Shown here: positions 21,001 to 32,562 of the stretch, piece by piece
Layout of the letters: each line of letters begins with the position of its first letter
Numbering within the stretch: position 1 is the first letter of the stretch
Assembly (NCBI RefSeq): GCF_000281045.1
Contig: NW_008246121.1
Location: 305,212-340,379 of the forward strand
DNA length: 35,168 nt
Source: Saprolegnia diclina VS20
Taxonomy: Eukaryota
Direction of reading: 5' to 3'
Translations under genes and position numbers: made by a program
The notes under the pieces: model-generated
The model's database searches: none
What the model was told of the DNA's origin: nothing
The model's input: the letters and a program-made list of their open reading frames with translations, nothing else

Positions 21001-21573
21001 GCCTCGCAGCTCTTTTTGCCGTCGGCCAAAGCGTTCCTGGACAAGGTCACGACGCTGGCGCTGCAGCACACGGCTTTGGCGACGCAGCTGCTCCACGTGG
21101 TATCGTCCGAAACGCTGGTTCGAGTCTTATGACGTTGGGTGATGTAGCTCTGGACAAGCCCGTGCGTTGCCCGTGACACTGCAAGCGTTGCGTGGATCGA
21201 GGAAGCGACGATGCATCTGCTGCCGGTCGTCCTCCACGCGTCCGACGCGCTTTGGCTCTTGGAGCGGGTTCATCGCTCGTCGGGCAACCGGCGGCGCACG
21301 TTTTGGCCGCTCGTTCTAAACGCCATGGACGAGAGTGCGCGCGAGGTGCTCCGGACGCACTGGCCGTCGAGCGCCGACGGCGTGTGGAAGCCGCTGCTGG
21401 ATGCGGCGATCGAGGCCGCGGCGCTCGACCAGGATGTCGACGCGCTCACGTCCCTTCTAGAGACCGTGCCGGCGGTCTCGGAGCTCGCGGCGTCGTGGCT
21501 GGCGCGGCAGTCGACTGCGCACCTCGACTTGCTGCCCGATACCGTGCGTGTGCTCTTGCAGCGTGCGTGCTAA
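18071..21573 (+). CDS. NCAPG2: Condensin II complex subunit G2 (HEAT repeat protein), multi-exon
   Basis: MLYRLSEPILWRALHAANDVVRHHAAVLLFDGFPYQDP..QRQFDAFAMLLED..SVR..AIHGICKVLSMYWELLP..DTTSAAVRVAV..NHLSH..LKPLLP..MHDTNEKVRAA matches the conserved NCAPG2 core. Short GT-AG introns link the ORF pieces. Confidence 0.88.
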
Positions 21574-21697
21574 GCAATACAAGATGAATTGAGTTGAGTG
21601 TCATCGCAGAAGGACGGCTGCCAACTCTTCTCAACGAGCGTCAAATCAAACCAACATGAAAAGGCGTGGAATCATACAAGTCAATGGCAATTCTGGC

Positions 21698-24332
21698 TTA
21701 CGCAGTGGCTTTGAGCACGACGTTGATGATCTGGAGGGTGCTCGGGCGATCTTCCGGGTCGAACGCAAGGCACTGCTTGGCCAGCTCCAGGACCCACGGT
21801 GGCGTTGTCGCCGTCTCGAACGTTGGGGTAATCGCACCCGACGTCACTTGGTGCATGATGAACTGCTGGTTCATCGGCTTGTTGGTGCGCGGGTTGATCA
21901 TGTCGGCGTACGGCACACGGTGCGTCGAGTACTCGGACAGCAAGACCCCTACCCCTTCTATAAAAACCTAGCCCCAAGAAAGAAAGCTGTACCAAACGAG
22001 TAGACGTCGGCGGCCGTCGAGTAGTCGTGGCCCGTAAAGATCTCGGGCGCCATCCACTGGTACGTGCCAATGCCGTTCGTAAGGGTCTCTTCGTCCATCT
22101 CGCGCGACTCGCCAAAGTCCGTGAGCTTGGTCCCCTAACCCCATCTTTCTCCGTGAGACATTGGCGTATATCGGTGGAGAGTAGACCTTCTTGGAGTCGA
22201 GGAGGACGTTGCGGGACTTGAGATCGCGGTGGATGATTGGTGTCTCAAACGTATGCAGGTACACAAGCCCTTGGACGACTTGCGCGATGCTCTCCTGCTT
22301 TTGGTGCCATGAGAAGGCTGCCGACGAGGTGGACGACAAGAACGACCGCAGATCACCGCGGTCCATGTACTCGACGACGCACTCGAGGTCGGTCGGGCGC
22401 AGCCAGCTTGCACCAATGAGCGACACGGCGTACGGGCTGTTGATTCTACGCATGTACAGCATTGGAGTGCGTCCACATTGAGAATCGGAAGCGTGTGTAC
22501 CGCGACATGAGGAGGATCTCAGCCGACATTTTCGCAATTGCTTTGGCCGACTTGTCCTTCGTGCGCTTGATCGCAACCGGTTGGCCCGCGTACGTCCCGA
22601 GCCAGACTTCGCCGTGCGCGCCAGCCGCCATGGGCGTATTGCCAATGGCTCGAAGCTCACTGGGCTCGAGGCGGAGCATGCGGAGGACGTCGAGGTCGAC
22701 GTTGACGTAGTGACGCGACTTGTCTCCGCCGGACGGAATCGAACCGGTTGGAAAGCCCGTGACGTCGACAGTGGCCGTGCCGGCCAACGTCCCTCGCGTG
22801 GAATACCGATGGTACACGGCGTCGGGGGTCGGTGGCACGGGCTTGCGCCGCTTCCAGAGGCACCACCAACCAAACAAAAGCACGAGCACGATCGCACTGG
22901 CCGAGACACCGACAACGAGACCGATGTCTACAAGGACCATGAGGGGTTGTAATTCCGCATCATGTTTCTTACTCGATGTTTCCAAAGGTGGTGACGTCGT
23001 TGGGACGGCCGTCGTAGGGGCTAGGGTACGTGGCTGGGGATCTACATAACATGTCGTGCGACCCGTCGAGAGATCGCGCCGACTCTACCGGGAAGCACAC
23101 ATGCAGCAAAGTTGCGGCTTGCATCTTTCAAAGCCCAAAGCGGTCGAATGGTGCCGCCCGCTTGCGTGCACTTGGTCTCGTTCGGCTGGATCGTCATGTA
23201 GTCGTCAATCTCGTACCCAAGGCGGGTCGTTCGCGACGTGAGCTTTTCCAGCTCGTTGAGGACCTGGTACGTTGCATTCGAGACGGTAAATGTCGTGATT
23301 GAGCCCGTGATGCCACTAGACACAACGTGGTCTATCGCTTTTGTCAAGAAACGTACAAGTAATTTAACGACTTGGTGAACGAAACATTGGCGAACGTCGT
23401 GAGCAGGTTGCCAAAAATGGAGCTACTCAGAGCCACGTCGTCCTCTTTTCTAGCAAGTACGGTGCGTACAAGTAGACAAGGTTGGGGAGGTCGGCGTTGG
23501 CCACCTCTTCAATCTTGTTGCCGGCAAGGTTCCTACAGCGAGAGATCCGTTGTCGTGCAGATTCAACACGAACGTACAAGGACCGCCACTTTGTGTTTGT
23601 AGGTGGCATTTTCGTCAAACCCACCAAGTCCAGACCCCTACGACTCGATGAGCTGCTTCCTCTCGTGCGTCGCCGTAGGTCCAGACAGCTTTGTGGGTGT
23701 CAGCGGCAGCGTGGCCGCGTTGAACGGGCCATTTCGCAGAGTACTATCGGTCATGAGAACTCGACAAATGCGATGCGACGTACAAGCTATCGAGGGTCGG
23801 CGGCCACATGAAATCGGCTGCAAGTCCCGTGTACGTGTCGACTTTGCTACAGGCACATTGACTCAAGGAAGGAGCGCCGTGCATACAGTACCTACGTACA
23901 CGAGCATGATTAGGGTTCCTCCTACAGACGCACGCACGTACAAGGTAAGAAGCGTCGGAGGCAGCTGCATGTACGTGACGTCGACGGGCGACGTTCCATC
24001 CCGGCCAATATACCTAGTCGTCAACAAAAATTTAGTGCGCAACTCGCAGACAAGCATGACGACACGTACAGATCCGTGAGCTTGGTGTAGCCGCTCATGT
24101 CGCCGACCGCCTCCACAGCGTACTGCATCGTCCCATCGGCCTGGAGCTTTGGCGTCGCCTTGCTGATCTCGGCGCACGTCGTTGGGTTCACAAGGCACGG
24201 GCCCGTCGACGTACACAGCGCATTGTCGACAAGGACCGATGTCACCGTTAGGGTGGCGTACGGACAGGACGCTGCTTGGACGCGCAAAATCGCGACAAGA
24301 GACGCCAATACCCCAACGAAGCGCGGGAGCAT
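21698..24332 (-). CDS. LRR-like receptor kinase 4
   Basis: Signal MLPRFVGVLASLVAILRVQA, CPY cap and EAVGDM. Phase-2 mini-exons. TM IGLVVGVSASAIVLVLLFGWWCLW-KRRK. Full kinase ending LKATA*. Confidence 0.88.
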
Positions 24333-24346
24333 GGCGCACGTCTGGC

Positions 24347-24361
24347 AAAATGGAAATGAGC
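24347..24361 (-). promoter_or_regulatory. Inr-FPR-like core promoter of kinase 4
   Basis: GCTCATTTCCATTTT lies about 14 nt upstream of ATG 24332; it is one base shorter than the consensus. Confidence 0.6.
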
Positions 24362-24410
24362 CAAGACTGCAAGTGTTAAACCCATATGATTGCACACGGT
24401 TGTACAGTGT

Positions 24411-24645
24411 ACAACCTCGTGCAATCCCGGGCAGATGGCTCTGCGTCGCCTTCTCCGGCTCCTCGCTCAACACGAGTGGCCGCGCCAGCACCTTGTCCCG
24501 CGGATCGCGCTCCTGCCTCCGCCGGCCTAGATCAAAATCATCACCAGCGCCTACACAACTAAGAAAGTCCGACAATTTTATTTAGCGTAGATTTACGTAT
24601 GTATTGTAATAGAAGACCCACTTCAACAACAACCCCGTGCACTCC
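24411..24645 (+). mobile_element. About 200-bp 5'-truncated copy of the same non-LTR element with an imperfect 17-bp TSD
   Basis: Body 24428-24628 matches 7165-7340. It encodes MALRRLLRLLAQHEWPRQHLVPRIALLPPPA* (stop 24528-24530), then a 3' UTR and CAA tail. Flanks ACAACCTCGTGCAATCC (24411-24427) and ACAACCCCGTGCACTCC (24629-24645) are 15/17 identical. Confidence 0.82.
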
Positions 24646-25944
24646 GATGGCTTCCAGCTGGCACGCTCTAACGCGCGTCCCCAACCCGGAACAGATGTCG
24701 TTTCCATTTCATTGCTAACGGGTGGCTTTGGAAACGGCCAGTTGGCAATGGAAACGGAGCTCCCCAACAGCGTTGCCAAACGTTGCCAATCAACAGCTGC
24801 CAGATCAACATTCCGACGATGGCGAGGCCCTCCACCGGTTCCAGGGCGACGCCAGCACTGACTAGGCCGTCCTACTGGCGGCCACGGGCCGCGCTTAGCT
24901 AGAGTCATCAAGGCAGTTCATGACTGTGCGAGGGAGCTAACCGCTTGTCAGCGGACAAAGCGACGCCTTGTGCAGATATGATTTGCCCAGATCGCTCAAT
25001 GCGAGTGCTATCAGAGAGGTTCCTGCTACATCTGGGGTCTCTGTGTTGCAGGCATGGCTGTCCTCAACTGTAGAAAACTCCGAGCTGAGTTCTGACGGCG
25101 TTTTCATGCCTAGAATTCGCCCATTGCCCGTCGCATGGGCCTGTAAAACGATTGGAAATGCTGGCCGATAAAAACGACTGGCGAGTTTTTACAAATTTTT
25201 AGAAAGAAAAACGCCTTGTGGGGAAAACCGTTTAAAAAAATTGCTATATTGAAGTATACAAACGACTGCTGGGGATGCTCGAACAGTTCAGCTTGTACTC
25301 CGCGAGGCACGCGCAAGCTCTGGTGGCAGCTCGACGCTCCTTTGTGTGTTCGCTGTGTCTGGTTTGGTCAAGCCATGCCCGGCCAATGCAAGCGTGTGTC
25401 GCTGGAGCGTTCGGACTCCAGGAAGCGAGGAGTCTAGAGTCTGGGTGTAGACAGGGTAGGGCTAGGTGCCATAGACGGATGATGTCAAGTAGCATACAAG
25501 ACAGCGAGGGTGTTAACTACTCGGGCCAAGCACCCTCGCCGTGTTGTGACCGCCGAAGCCACCACGCTCGCCGGGATGCTCTGGTCGCGCTCACACTGCC
25601 ACGCATCGCCGGTTAGCGCCCTTGTGCATCAAGAGTCTCGATCACGGATAGAGATGTCCAACGCATTACAAACGTCCAGACAGTAGAGAATGCCGGTGCA
25701 CGCCTCGTTGCGAGCATTCGACCTTGTAGACGGGCTGTTTCTGGCAAGGCGGCGTCGTATCTGTGGGTCTACTAGTAGAGCTCACTCAGCGTCTCCACGA
25801 TCGCCAACATAGCTTCAAGTAGCTCCCAGGATCTCATGCCATCCAGCTGACGTAGGGTTGTGGAATGTGTATACTTCTAATTACTACTGCCGAATAAGTG
25901 GCCTATATACGAGATCCTCTAGCGAGGCGGACCCATACGTGGTC

Positions 25945-27561
25945 CTAATACGTCGTGCTGCCGTTGGTGGTCGTCGTCGTCGGGTGCAGAAGCTCGCGAA
26001 TGCGAAGGTGTTCGTCTTGGCACAGCTTTTCGATCTCGGCCACGTCGGCTTCTTCGTTGAGCACGTAAATCTGCTCAAACGAGTGCACGTTCATGTCCAA
26101 TGTCGTCTTCCACGCGTCGCCGCCGCAAATACTCAGATGCGACTCGACGAGGAGGCGGTCGCCGTTCGGCAATAGCACGCCGACGAGCACCGTGCCGTCC
26201 GAGAGTTCGAGGCCGTTGACGTCTTCGCTCGTCACGTTGTAGAGGACACAGCGCTTGGCCTTGATCGAGCGCGCCGTCACGTTGATCAAGATCGAGTCTT
26301 CGACGTCGACCGCGTCCGTCGCGACGCCGCTGAGCACACTGCGCACGATGCGGCCGGTCGAGACCTTGGAGCCAAGCACGGCGACGTGGTCGGTCGTGAC
26401 ACTCGACCCGACCTCGCTCCACTGCAGCGGGTCTTGGATACCGAGGAAGCTGCGGAGGCACGACGCTTCCGTGGTGCTTTCCGTCACGAGGCAGTTGTTC
26501 TTGAGGTACAGCTTGAGCTGGCCATAGTCCCACCAGTAAGCCGCGCTGCCGACGTCAATGCAGCCAAAGAGCCCGAGCTTCTCGCGGCGCGAGTTGTAAA
26601 AGCGCTGCAGCATCGACTGCATGCGCTCGTAGTGGCGGCGCGAAAAGTCGGCCGACGTGCCCTTCTGCGTCATGACCTCGACGTACGCCGTCAAGGGCAG
26701 CGTGAACGGCATCCAAAAGTGCGGGTCCGTGTCGAGCTTGCCTTCCTTCTGCGAGAGTTCTTGAGCAAACTCGTCGAGGAGGCTGACGAGCATGTCATGG
26801 TCGACGCTAAAGCTGCCAAGGCTCGTACCGACGCTCTTGAGGTGGCCAAAGTCGGCGAGGAGACGCAGCGCGGTCGCGTGGCTCACCTTGTCGACCTGCG
26901 CGGCTTGGTTGTCGGCGTTGACGGCGATGAGGCCATACTTTTCAAGGCCCTTGTCGTGCCACTCTTGCGCGCTCGGCATCGGCGCAAGCGTCGCGAGAAT
27001 GTCAATGTGGTGCACGGGCGTGTAGTGCACGGCGGCGCTCGGGATGAAGACCTGGTCGCCCCAAAACACCGAGAGACGGCCGCGGCGCGACGCCGCGTAC
27101 ACACCCGTTTGCTTGATGACGGCCTCGAGGATCGTCATGGGCACATACGTGTCGTCAATCTTGAGCATCGCCGGCAGCTTGACGCCCGGCTTGTTGTTGT
27201 TTTCCGAGCCGGGCAGCGGCGCGAGGCGCGTGCCCTTGCCCGCCGTGTGGTAGAGCGCGACCGAGATGCGGCTCGCCTTGAGCTCTTCGGTGAGGTCGAA
27301 CGCCGGGCCATACAAGGCCTTGCCCTCGGCGACGGCCTTTTGATAGGCGTAGAGCGTGCCAAGGCCGTTGCCGGCGCCGCCGACCCAGTCTTCGTGGACG
27401 GTAATGACCTTCATGTCGAGCGGCGAGATGGTGCCACGCGTGGCCATGAGGCGCTTCTGCCAGTACGCGGCCTGGAAGGGCGTCGAGCAGCAGACGACGA
27501 CCACGTCGTAGCCGAGGAGCGAGTTCATCAAGCCAATGTTGGCCTCCGTCATCGTGCTCAT
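25945..27561 (-). CDS. Putative sugar-1-phosphate nucleotidyltransferase (nucleotide-diphospho-sugar transferase fold; fucose-1-P guanylyltransferase/AGPase-like)
   Basis: Intronless 538-aa ORF. YDVVVVCC..QAAYWQKRL, GAGNGLGTL, TAGKGTRLAPLP..NKP (cf. AGGxGTRLxPL..KP), FWGDQVF, WWDYGQ, then a V/I/S-rich C-terminus resembling a beta-helix. Confidence 0.7.
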   Translation of the reverse strand: MSTMTEANIGLMNSLLGYDVVVVCCSTPFQAAYWQKRLMATRGTISPLDMKVITVHEDWVGGAGNGLGTLYAYQKAVAEGKALYGPAFDLTEELKASRISVALYHTAGKGTRLAPLPGSENNNKPGVKLPAMLKIDDTYVPMTILEAVIKQTGVYAASRRGRLSVFWGDQVFIPSAAVHYTPVHHIDILATLAPMPSAQEWHDKGLEKYGLIAVNADNQAAQVDKVSHATALRLLADFGHLKSVGTSLGSFSVDHDMLVSLLDEFAQELSQKEGKLDTDPHFWMPFTLPLTAYVEVMTQKGTSADFSRRHYERMQSMLQRFYNSRREKLGLFGCIDVGSAAYWWDYGQLKLYLKNNCLVTESTTEASCLRSFLGIQDPLQWSEVGSSVTTDHVAVLGSKVSTGRIVRSVLSGVATDAVDVEDSILINVTARSIKAKRCVLYNVTSEDVNGLELSDGTVLVGVLLPNGDRLLVESHLSICGGDAWKTTLDMNVHSFEQIYVLNEEADVAEIEKLCQDEHLRIRELLHPTTTTTNGSTTY

Positions 27562-29660
27562 CGGGGCTGGCGGCTCGAAATGAAAATGCCAAGGGCCCCA
27601 CGAAGTGGCTGCAGTTACTTACCACCCCGACTAAGTGCGGATTCGACACCGTCCCGTGACGTGGCGGAACGTTCAACGAACGCACTTAAACGGGTGTCTA
27701 AAAACACGCTCCTTTGGCCACCTTATATTTTCTCATTGCCAGGCCTGTCGCCGCCCACCTGCGATGAAGCAAGACGGCCGCGAGGCTAGAGGACAATGCA
27801 CGTATAGCCCTGCGAAGGACGCGTCGCTAAAGGTAGTCGCGACGTGGACATGGACGTGGCGGTGCAGAGTCAGCATCGGGTGATGCTCAACTTTGAGCGT
27901 GCGTCATGCAAACATCGGACCACTCTTCCTATTTGCTTGGCCTTTTTTCAGTGGATTTCGGGTCGGTCCAATCGGCAATAGGTAGCGATGACGTGGCAGA
28001 GTCCAACGCGGTGCGAACCGCGAGGCGTGTCGCGCTGTCGGCCACTTCGGTCCTGCCCCGCGACGCTATACTAGACAGTTTGACATTGTCGATGCCATGA
28101 GTCCGCTATGCGCGGCTCGCGGCGTACTGGCCGCGGGATAGCGTGGTCGGGCGAGAAGGGACGGGAGTCAGCCCGCCCCTTTTTCTGTGACGCACGCTTG
28201 GGTGCGATTAGCCAGGGGGTTTCTGCTTTCGTAGCCAATCAGCGTGCTTCCTTTGTGGTGACGCCTGCGACGTGCTGGACACCAAGTGTCATTTCTACCC
28301 CACGATCGACAGGCCTATACACGGTACAGTCGCTACATGCTCCTTTCGCGACTACACGATTATAGTCGATGGTGCTATACTAACTACGTGCTATCCCACC
28401 GCCAGCGACAACAGAATGTCTGTGTTCCTGTGGTAGAGCTGCCGCCATGGCCAGGCGCCATCGACTTTGCCTTTTCCATACGGCAAAGTCGCTGGACAGG
28501 ACAGGCGTGGAGGTGCTTTCCCTGGAAACGGACCCGCGTGGCCACATGTAGCCAATCAAAACGAGGTGCATCGCGCGCGTAATGCCATGTGGCACTACTG
28601 GAATGAAAAAAAGGACCTCCGTTAGTGCGCCACGTCACCGCCTGTCGAGGTCGCCACGGATGTCCTTACAGAGACACGACGTGAGTGGTGTCGACCTGCG
28701 ATCGAGCTGCCAGTCGAGATTCCTGGCGGCAAGAACAACAAGGTTCGCGCGACCATGGTGCAGGCTCGCGACAATACGCCGAAGCCGTGCTCGTGCTCGT
28801 CACAGTGCCATGCGGTTGGCTCTTGCCGTCGACGACCGGCCAGAGCGTGTCTCTGTAGGGACGACGATGACGATTGAACGATGCCTGCTGCGAAGCGCGC
28901 CTCGCGACGACGCTGCTTTCTGCGCGCGACGAACAGCACGAACGTCTGGGTCCCGCGAAGCACCAAGCACACGTCGCGCTTCGTGATGGGGTACGCCGGC
29001 GCTACTGCCTGTGTCTTGTCCGTGGCACTGCGACCTGCCTCCAAGATGGATGTGGATCGACGCATCCCTTCTAGAGCGCCTGCACGACCGTCCAGAGACT
29101 CGGGTGGGGTCGCACCAGACGACGACGGCCCGTGCAACGCATAAGGTGTGCTGGTATGCTGCTCGTCCGGGACCTCTCGGGATACGGAGCATCATCCCGC
29201 GACGATGGACCCATTGCATGGTTTGATGTGCGGCTTGTATGCTCGGGATGCGACACCAATGACGCTCCAAGTTTGTTTGACACGAGCGGGCGTGGCGGAT
29301 GCGGACAGAGCGCGCTGCATACCATAGTTCATGCCTTTATACACATGCTTCGCGTTATCTCGGTGATGACAAGACTTTGTAGAAACTAGCAACTTTGATG
29401 CCTTCACGCGCTTGCCGGGCGTAGCTGCGCCAGTGACAGCGTCGTCTGCGTGTCTTACTGTTTTGAAATCATTTTGCCCAAGCATTAACCGTTGAGCGTC
29501 ATTTAGGCACGGAGGCATGGCATGCATCAGAAGGGTTTCCTTCACACGATACAAGCTCCTATACTTCATCTCTGCTTGCCTTTGAGTGTCATCCAGATGT
29601 CTATTGAACTAGACCCTTCGGCTCTATGTACATCAACAATGGTCATGAGCAATGGTGTCC

Positions 29661-30498
29661 TCACAAAAAGCGCTTGTGACGTTGGGCAAGAAGGGCGAGG
29701 AGCCCAATGCCAGCGGCGACGACGACCGCGGCGCCGTTCCACCAGTCGGGAATCGCCATATCCAGTACGAAACGGGGAAAGCGCATCCAGAGCGGAATGC
29801 AGCAGCCGTGAAAGAAGACGGCCGACATGAAGACTTGGTGCTTGGGAATATCGTTTTGCCGGACATAGTACCAGCCCAGTGCCTGCGCGGCCAATTGCAG
29901 TCTACAAAGCCCAGTCAGTTGACAGGCAACTTGTAAAATCAAAAGAGGAAAGAGTGTCGTACGCGCCGCCGATGGAAATCCCAATGCTAAAGCCGACGTT
30001 GTTTGGGTTGTAGCGCTCGACCCATGCCGCGTAAAACCCGGACGACGCCGAGAGAGCGCCCGAGAGCATGGCAGCTCGACCGAGCACCTTGTGCACACTA
30101 CGGTAGAGCGGTCCTAGCCCATAAAACATTCGGGCTGGAGGGTAAAAATACACTAGTATCGTTGGTACCGTGAGAGGGTGTATGGAAGAGGTTCCAAATA
30201 CAAATCCACGAAATCAATCCACACGTGACCAAATGCAGAGCAAATGCTGGGCCGACGGGCGCGGATGACGGCGGCGGAAGTGCGCCAAGGAGGATGCCGA
30301 GGCCGCAGTAGACCGTAAACCAAAGTGAGAGCACAGCGCTGAGTAACCACCACAGCGATAGGTTGCCGTCGTAGAGCGCTCGGTTGAGACGGTCCGGCAC
30401 CACAATCATCCCGCGCAGCAAAAGCCAGTGCTAGTATGACAAGACGGTCGCAGCAATTTGCAATGCACAGAGAGGTCGCGTCTGGACTTCGCTGGCAT
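29661..30498 (-). CDS. Multi-pass membrane protein, DUF2306-like
   Basis: Three GT-AG introns join MPAKSRRDLS|HWLLLRG..FALHLVTCG..HG|PLYRSVHKVLGRAAML..GGA|LQLAAQALGWYYVRQNDIPKHQVFMSAVFF..WMRFP..RFL*. About 6 TM segments, with H..LGR and H..M motifs. Start is uncertain. Confidence 0.65.
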
Positions 30499-30704
30499 TC
30501 GAAAGTGGCTCTGAACCGAACCAATCATGGCCACGCGATTTTGCCTGTAGTCATCAAGATGCGAGGCTAATTTGGGCATCAGTCTATAGCAAGTGCCTCT
30601 AGGATACGCTTATGGATCGCTGCCTCTTGAGAGCTTGTCACGACCACTCTCTGAACTAGACTCTGGTTAGCCCCGCTCAGACGTCTGCGACTTGCTCCGC
30701 AAAT

Positions 30705-31235
30705 TGTCGAGCGACCGCGGGGGTATCCGTCGCGATCGACGCAAAAAGCTCCCACAATGATGCTTCAGGGCTTCCAGACCTTCCCAAACGTCGCGCACGT
30801 TGTTCAAGGCCTCGTCTACCTCCACGCATTCGAAACCCCAATCATCGGCAGCGATCTCAAATTTCGCAACGCCCTCGATTTCAAGAAGGTCAACAACCCC
30901 TCTACCCTTGCTTGGCATCACGGTTGAAATGTGGTTAGGGTATCAAACTCACGGACTTTGGCGAGTCGCGTTAGATGGACGAAGAGACCCTTACGAACGG
31001 CATTGGCACGTACCAGTGGATGGCGCCCGAGATCTTTACAGGCCACGACTACTCAACCGCCGTCGACGTCTACCCGCTTGGTACCTTCTTAGGGCTAGGT
31101 TTAAAGGAGGGTTAGGTGTCTTGTTGTCCGAGTCCTCGATATACTCCGTACCGTACGCCGACATGATCAACCCGCGCGCCCAAAAGCCTGTGAACCAGCA
31201 GTTTATCATGCATCAAGTCCTGGCGGGGCAGCTCA
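30705..31235 (+). pseudogene. Fifth TKL kinase copy, dead fragment
   Basis: VVQGLVYLHAFETPIIGSDLKFRN (HRD changed to GSD), DFGESR followed by TAG at 30972-30974, NGIGTYQWMAPE and PYADMINPR. Remnants of both late kinase introns are present. Confidence 0.9.
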
Positions 31236-32015
31236 CCGGATGTCCTTTCATCACACGGGGAGCGTCAAGGGATACTCTATTGTTGACGGCATACTCTCAA
31301 GACTGCCGCGCGTTAGAGTTCGCTCGTCCAGCGCTGGCAGCGTTGAGAGCACTCCAAACACACTGCTAAATCTACGTCTACATCCATGCTGTCGAGGGTG
31401 AGCGCAGCGGCGCGACGTGGCGAAGCTGCAACAACGGCATCACCGCGGGCATGTCGGCTTGGGGAATCAAATCCTGTACGCTTTCGAGACGGGCGAAATG
31501 CGACATGACAACGACGAGCAGCGCAAGTAGCCCGGCATCGCAGAGGTCCAACTGGAGATGCGAGAACACGCTGATCGTGGACGTACTTTGCCCGTGGCGA
31601 GGCCGACAACGCACCGGCGGTGAAGGTGCAGCGAGTGCCCGAGACCAGCGCTCTGCAAAGCCCGACGCGAGCCACCGGCTACAAAGATAGGTTTCAAATT
31701 GGGGACACTAGATGGGATATGATCGAGGTGGACAGAGACAGGAGTGTGATCCGCGGTGGACCGAGTCTTGTGTAGGAGCAACTAGTCCAACGGATGATTT
31801 GGGTGTTTTGCGCGCGTAGGAAGTCGAAACGACCTTGTCGCGAAGGGGCGTATCTTGCGAGCCGTCGTAGAGCTAGAATTCTAGATCTCGACTCCTACTA
31901 AGCAACCCGCGTCACCCGAGGTCCTGGCAGTAATGAAGGCATTACGCCCACTGCAGCTCGCCATTGTGAGATATTATCTGTTCAAATCGACTATCCATTT
32001 CAACAAGAACAAAAC

Positions 32016-32562
32016 ATGGCCCTTAATTTAGCAGACAAACCGGCGAGTGTGCAACTTTTCCCGACGATGGTTCGGTCACGCCCACGGCCCGTCCTCCCGT
32101 TGCCAGCCACGATGCAGGCGATCGTGGTCGTCAAGCTTGGGAGTCGCGCCAAGTCAAGAACCACCGCAGGCCAAGCGACCATGGACGTGGACTTGCAGTC
32201 ACCCTTTTCATGTCTCCATGACGCCATCTCTCTCGAAGTCCAGCGCATTCGGCTCGCGTGCAATGCGTCTGCGATGGCCGCCAAGGAAAAATGGGTCATG
32301 GGGTCACCAGACCCGCTGCGTATTCACTTCAAGTCGGGTGTCTCCAAGAAGCAAGCCGAGTACGTTGAACTGGACAGCGTCAACTTTATTGCTCAGTGTA
32401 CGTCTGCTTCGAAGTCTGTCCAGCAAAAGCGTGCAGCCGCGATGGCGACCTACAAGCTCGAGCTCTTTGTGTATGCAGCCAGGGTCCAGCCGACCATCGA
32501 GCGCGCCACTGTGGAACGCGCCGAGGCTGTGGTAGGAGGAATTTCACATTTGCATTGTAGTA
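32016..32562 (+). CDS. Hypothetical protein truncated by the gap
   Basis: Open ORF of at least 180 codons with natural-looking composition (Q.EYVEL..NF, LELFVY, IERAT). No domain recognised with confidence. Confidence 0.45.

Noticed and set aside
24699..24756. Imperfect inverted repeat resembling an RFX X-box
   Set aside because: Short and gapped, and RFX factors are not expected in oomycetes.
26386..27789. 467-aa plus-strand ORF
   Set aside because: Antisense shadow of the codon-biased 538-aa gene; no motifs.
28580..29400. GC-rich, coding-like stretch with many short ORFs
   Set aside because: No consistent frame, splice model or recognisable motif; possibly a decayed gene, but I cannot support a call.
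31330..31780. Leu-rich minus-strand ORF pieces
   Set aside because: Fragmented across frames; family not identifiable.
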